A stretch of 64,000 bases of DNA from Octopus sinensis (taxonomy: Eukaryota). This document shows, piece after piece, positions 62,469 through 64,000 of the stretch. Numbering within the stretch: the first letter of the stretch is position 1; each line of letters opens with the position of its first letter. The translations under genes were made by a program, and so were the position numbers. Where the stretch lies: positions 21,080,001 through 21,144,000 of the forward strand of contig NC_043021.1 of the NCBI RefSeq assembly GCF_006345805.1. Reading direction: 5' to 3'. The notes under the pieces are model-generated. The model had not been told where the DNA came from, did no database searches, and worked only from the letters and a program-made list of their open reading frames with translations.

Positions 62469-62850
62469 TACTCTTTTACTCTTTTACATGTTTCAGTCAT
62501 TTGACTGCAGCCATGCTGGAGCACCGCCTTTAGTCGAGCAAATCGACCCCGGGACTTATTCTATCAGTCTCTTTTGCCGAACCGCTAAGTGATGGGGACG
62601 TAAACACACCAGCATCGGTTGTCAAGCAATGCTAGGGGTACAGACACACAAACACATACATACATATACAAATATATACATATATACGACAGGCTTCTTT
62701 CAGTTTCCGTCTACCAAATCCACTCACAAGGCATTGGTCAGCCCGGGGCTATAGCAGAAGACACTTGCCCAAGATGCCACGGTGTGGGACTGAACCCAGA
62801 ACCATGTGGCTGGTTAGCAAGCTACTTACCACACAGCCACTCCTGCGCCT
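62469..62850 (-). mobile_element. SINE family B with AATAT TSD
   Basis: aatat at 62464-62468 and 62851-62855. Confidence 0.92.
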
Positions 62851-62933
62851 AATATGCGGAGGATTTGGGGGTAAGATTTCAGACATGAAAACAGAGCTTG
62901 GAATTAATGAGACTTCAAGTAAATTCTGTGGAG

Positions 62934-63130
62934 GCACATAATTTAGTGTTGCACTTGGGATCATAAGGTTGTGGTTCCAGTTTCTGGACCGGTCAACGTG
63001 TTGTGTCCTTGAGCAAAACACTTCATTCTACATTGCTCCAGTCCACTCAGCTGTAAATTAGTTCCAATTATAGCCAGGAAGTTAATCCTATTACGGACTG
63101 GTGTCTTGTTCAGGAGTGAGTGTTGTAATC
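62934..63130 (+). mobile_element. SINE family E
   Basis: gtgtccttgagcaaaacacttcattctacattgctccagtccactcagctgtaaat core. Confidence 0.7.
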
Positions 63131-63159
63131 TCAGTCATCTATATTCTTTCTATTATTTT

Positions 63160-63537
63160 ATTCTTTTACTTGTTTCAGTCATTTGACTGCGGCTATGCTG
63201 GAGCAGCGCCTTTAATTGAGCAACTCGACCCCGGGACTTATTCTTTTGTAAGCCCAGTACTTATTCTATTGGTCTCTTTTGCTGAACCGCTAAGTTACGG
63301 TGACGCAAACACACCAGCATCGGTTGTCAAGCAATGCTAGGGGGACAAACACAGACACACACACACATATATACGACGGGCTTCTTTCAGTTTCCGTCTA
63401 CTAAATCCACTCACAAGGCTTTGGTCGGCCCGAGGTTATAGTAGAAGACAGTTGCCCAAGGTGCCACGCAGTGGGACTGAACCCGGAACCATGTGGTTGG
63501 TAAACAAGCTACTTACCACACAGCCACTCATGCGCCT
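63160..63537 (-). mobile_element. SINE family B
   Basis: Consensus. Confidence 0.92.
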
Positions 63538-63684
63538 ATGATATGCCATGGAACCTAGATTAAGTCCTGACTTTATTAGTCATAGGCCTCATGAAAAAAA
63601 AAAAAAATCAAATTTAGCCAAGACTAATGTTATGCTAAGAAGAAAGATTGAATTCTGTGTCATTAGGGAATGACCATGCATGGT

Positions 63685-63810
63685 ATGCAGGAGAGGGGTC
63701 GTTAGAATCTCCATACAGTGTTGTCAGTGTAAACAATGGATGCACAAGATTTGTAATGGAATCACCGGCAGGCTAATTACAAGAATATCTTTATTTGTGG
63801 CATACATACA
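63685..63810 (+). pseudogene. Cys/His-rich RTE ORF2 fragment
   Basis: CRRGVVRISIQCCQCKQWMHKICNGITGRL, a CxxC-x3-H-x2-C PHD-like motif of the kind I recall from RTE ORF2s. Confidence 0.6.
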
Positions 63811-63820
63811 ATGACATTGT

Positions 63821-64000
63821 GGAGACGCAATGGCCCAGTGGTTAGGGCTGCAGACTCGCGGTCATAGGATTGCGGTTTCGATTCCCAGACCGGGCGTTGT
63901 GAGTGTTTATTGAGCGAAAACACCTAAAGCTCCACGAGGCTCCGGCAGGGGATGGTGGTGATCCCTGCTGTACTCTTTCACCACAACTTTCTCTCACTCT
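63821..64000 (+). mobile_element. SINE family C (runs off window end)
   Basis: Consensus head and body. Confidence 0.9.

Overview
AT-rich, repeat-saturated eukaryotic DNA. The SINE and RTE repeat complement matches what I recognise from octopus/coleoid cephalopod genomes; this is an inference, and no search was run. Nearly all ORFs in the supplied track are microsatellite or SINE artefacts. The window holds dozens of tRNA-headed SINE copies from at least four families (labelled A, B, C, E here), RTE and CR1/L2-group LINE remnants, a full-length but dead D34D mariner, a Tigger deletion derivative, a second Tc1/mariner-type remnant, hAT- and Helitron-type non-autonomous elements, a Ty3/Gypsy RT fragment, a candidate LTR-bounded element, and many simple and higher-order tandem repeats. 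The only plausible host coding sequence is a spliced two-exon 3' gene end on the minus strand (13181-12999 joined to 12834-12657). It encodes a Thr-rich stalk plus a compact 4-Cys domain loosely resembling a C-type lectin fold. Two promoter-like CpG-rich patches occur at about 23.1 kb and 59.4 kb; the latter has a perfect NRF1 site and a downstream GTAAGG donor. I found no CRISPR arrays, rRNA genes or intact tRNA genes. Most repeat coordinates are approximate and read by eye.
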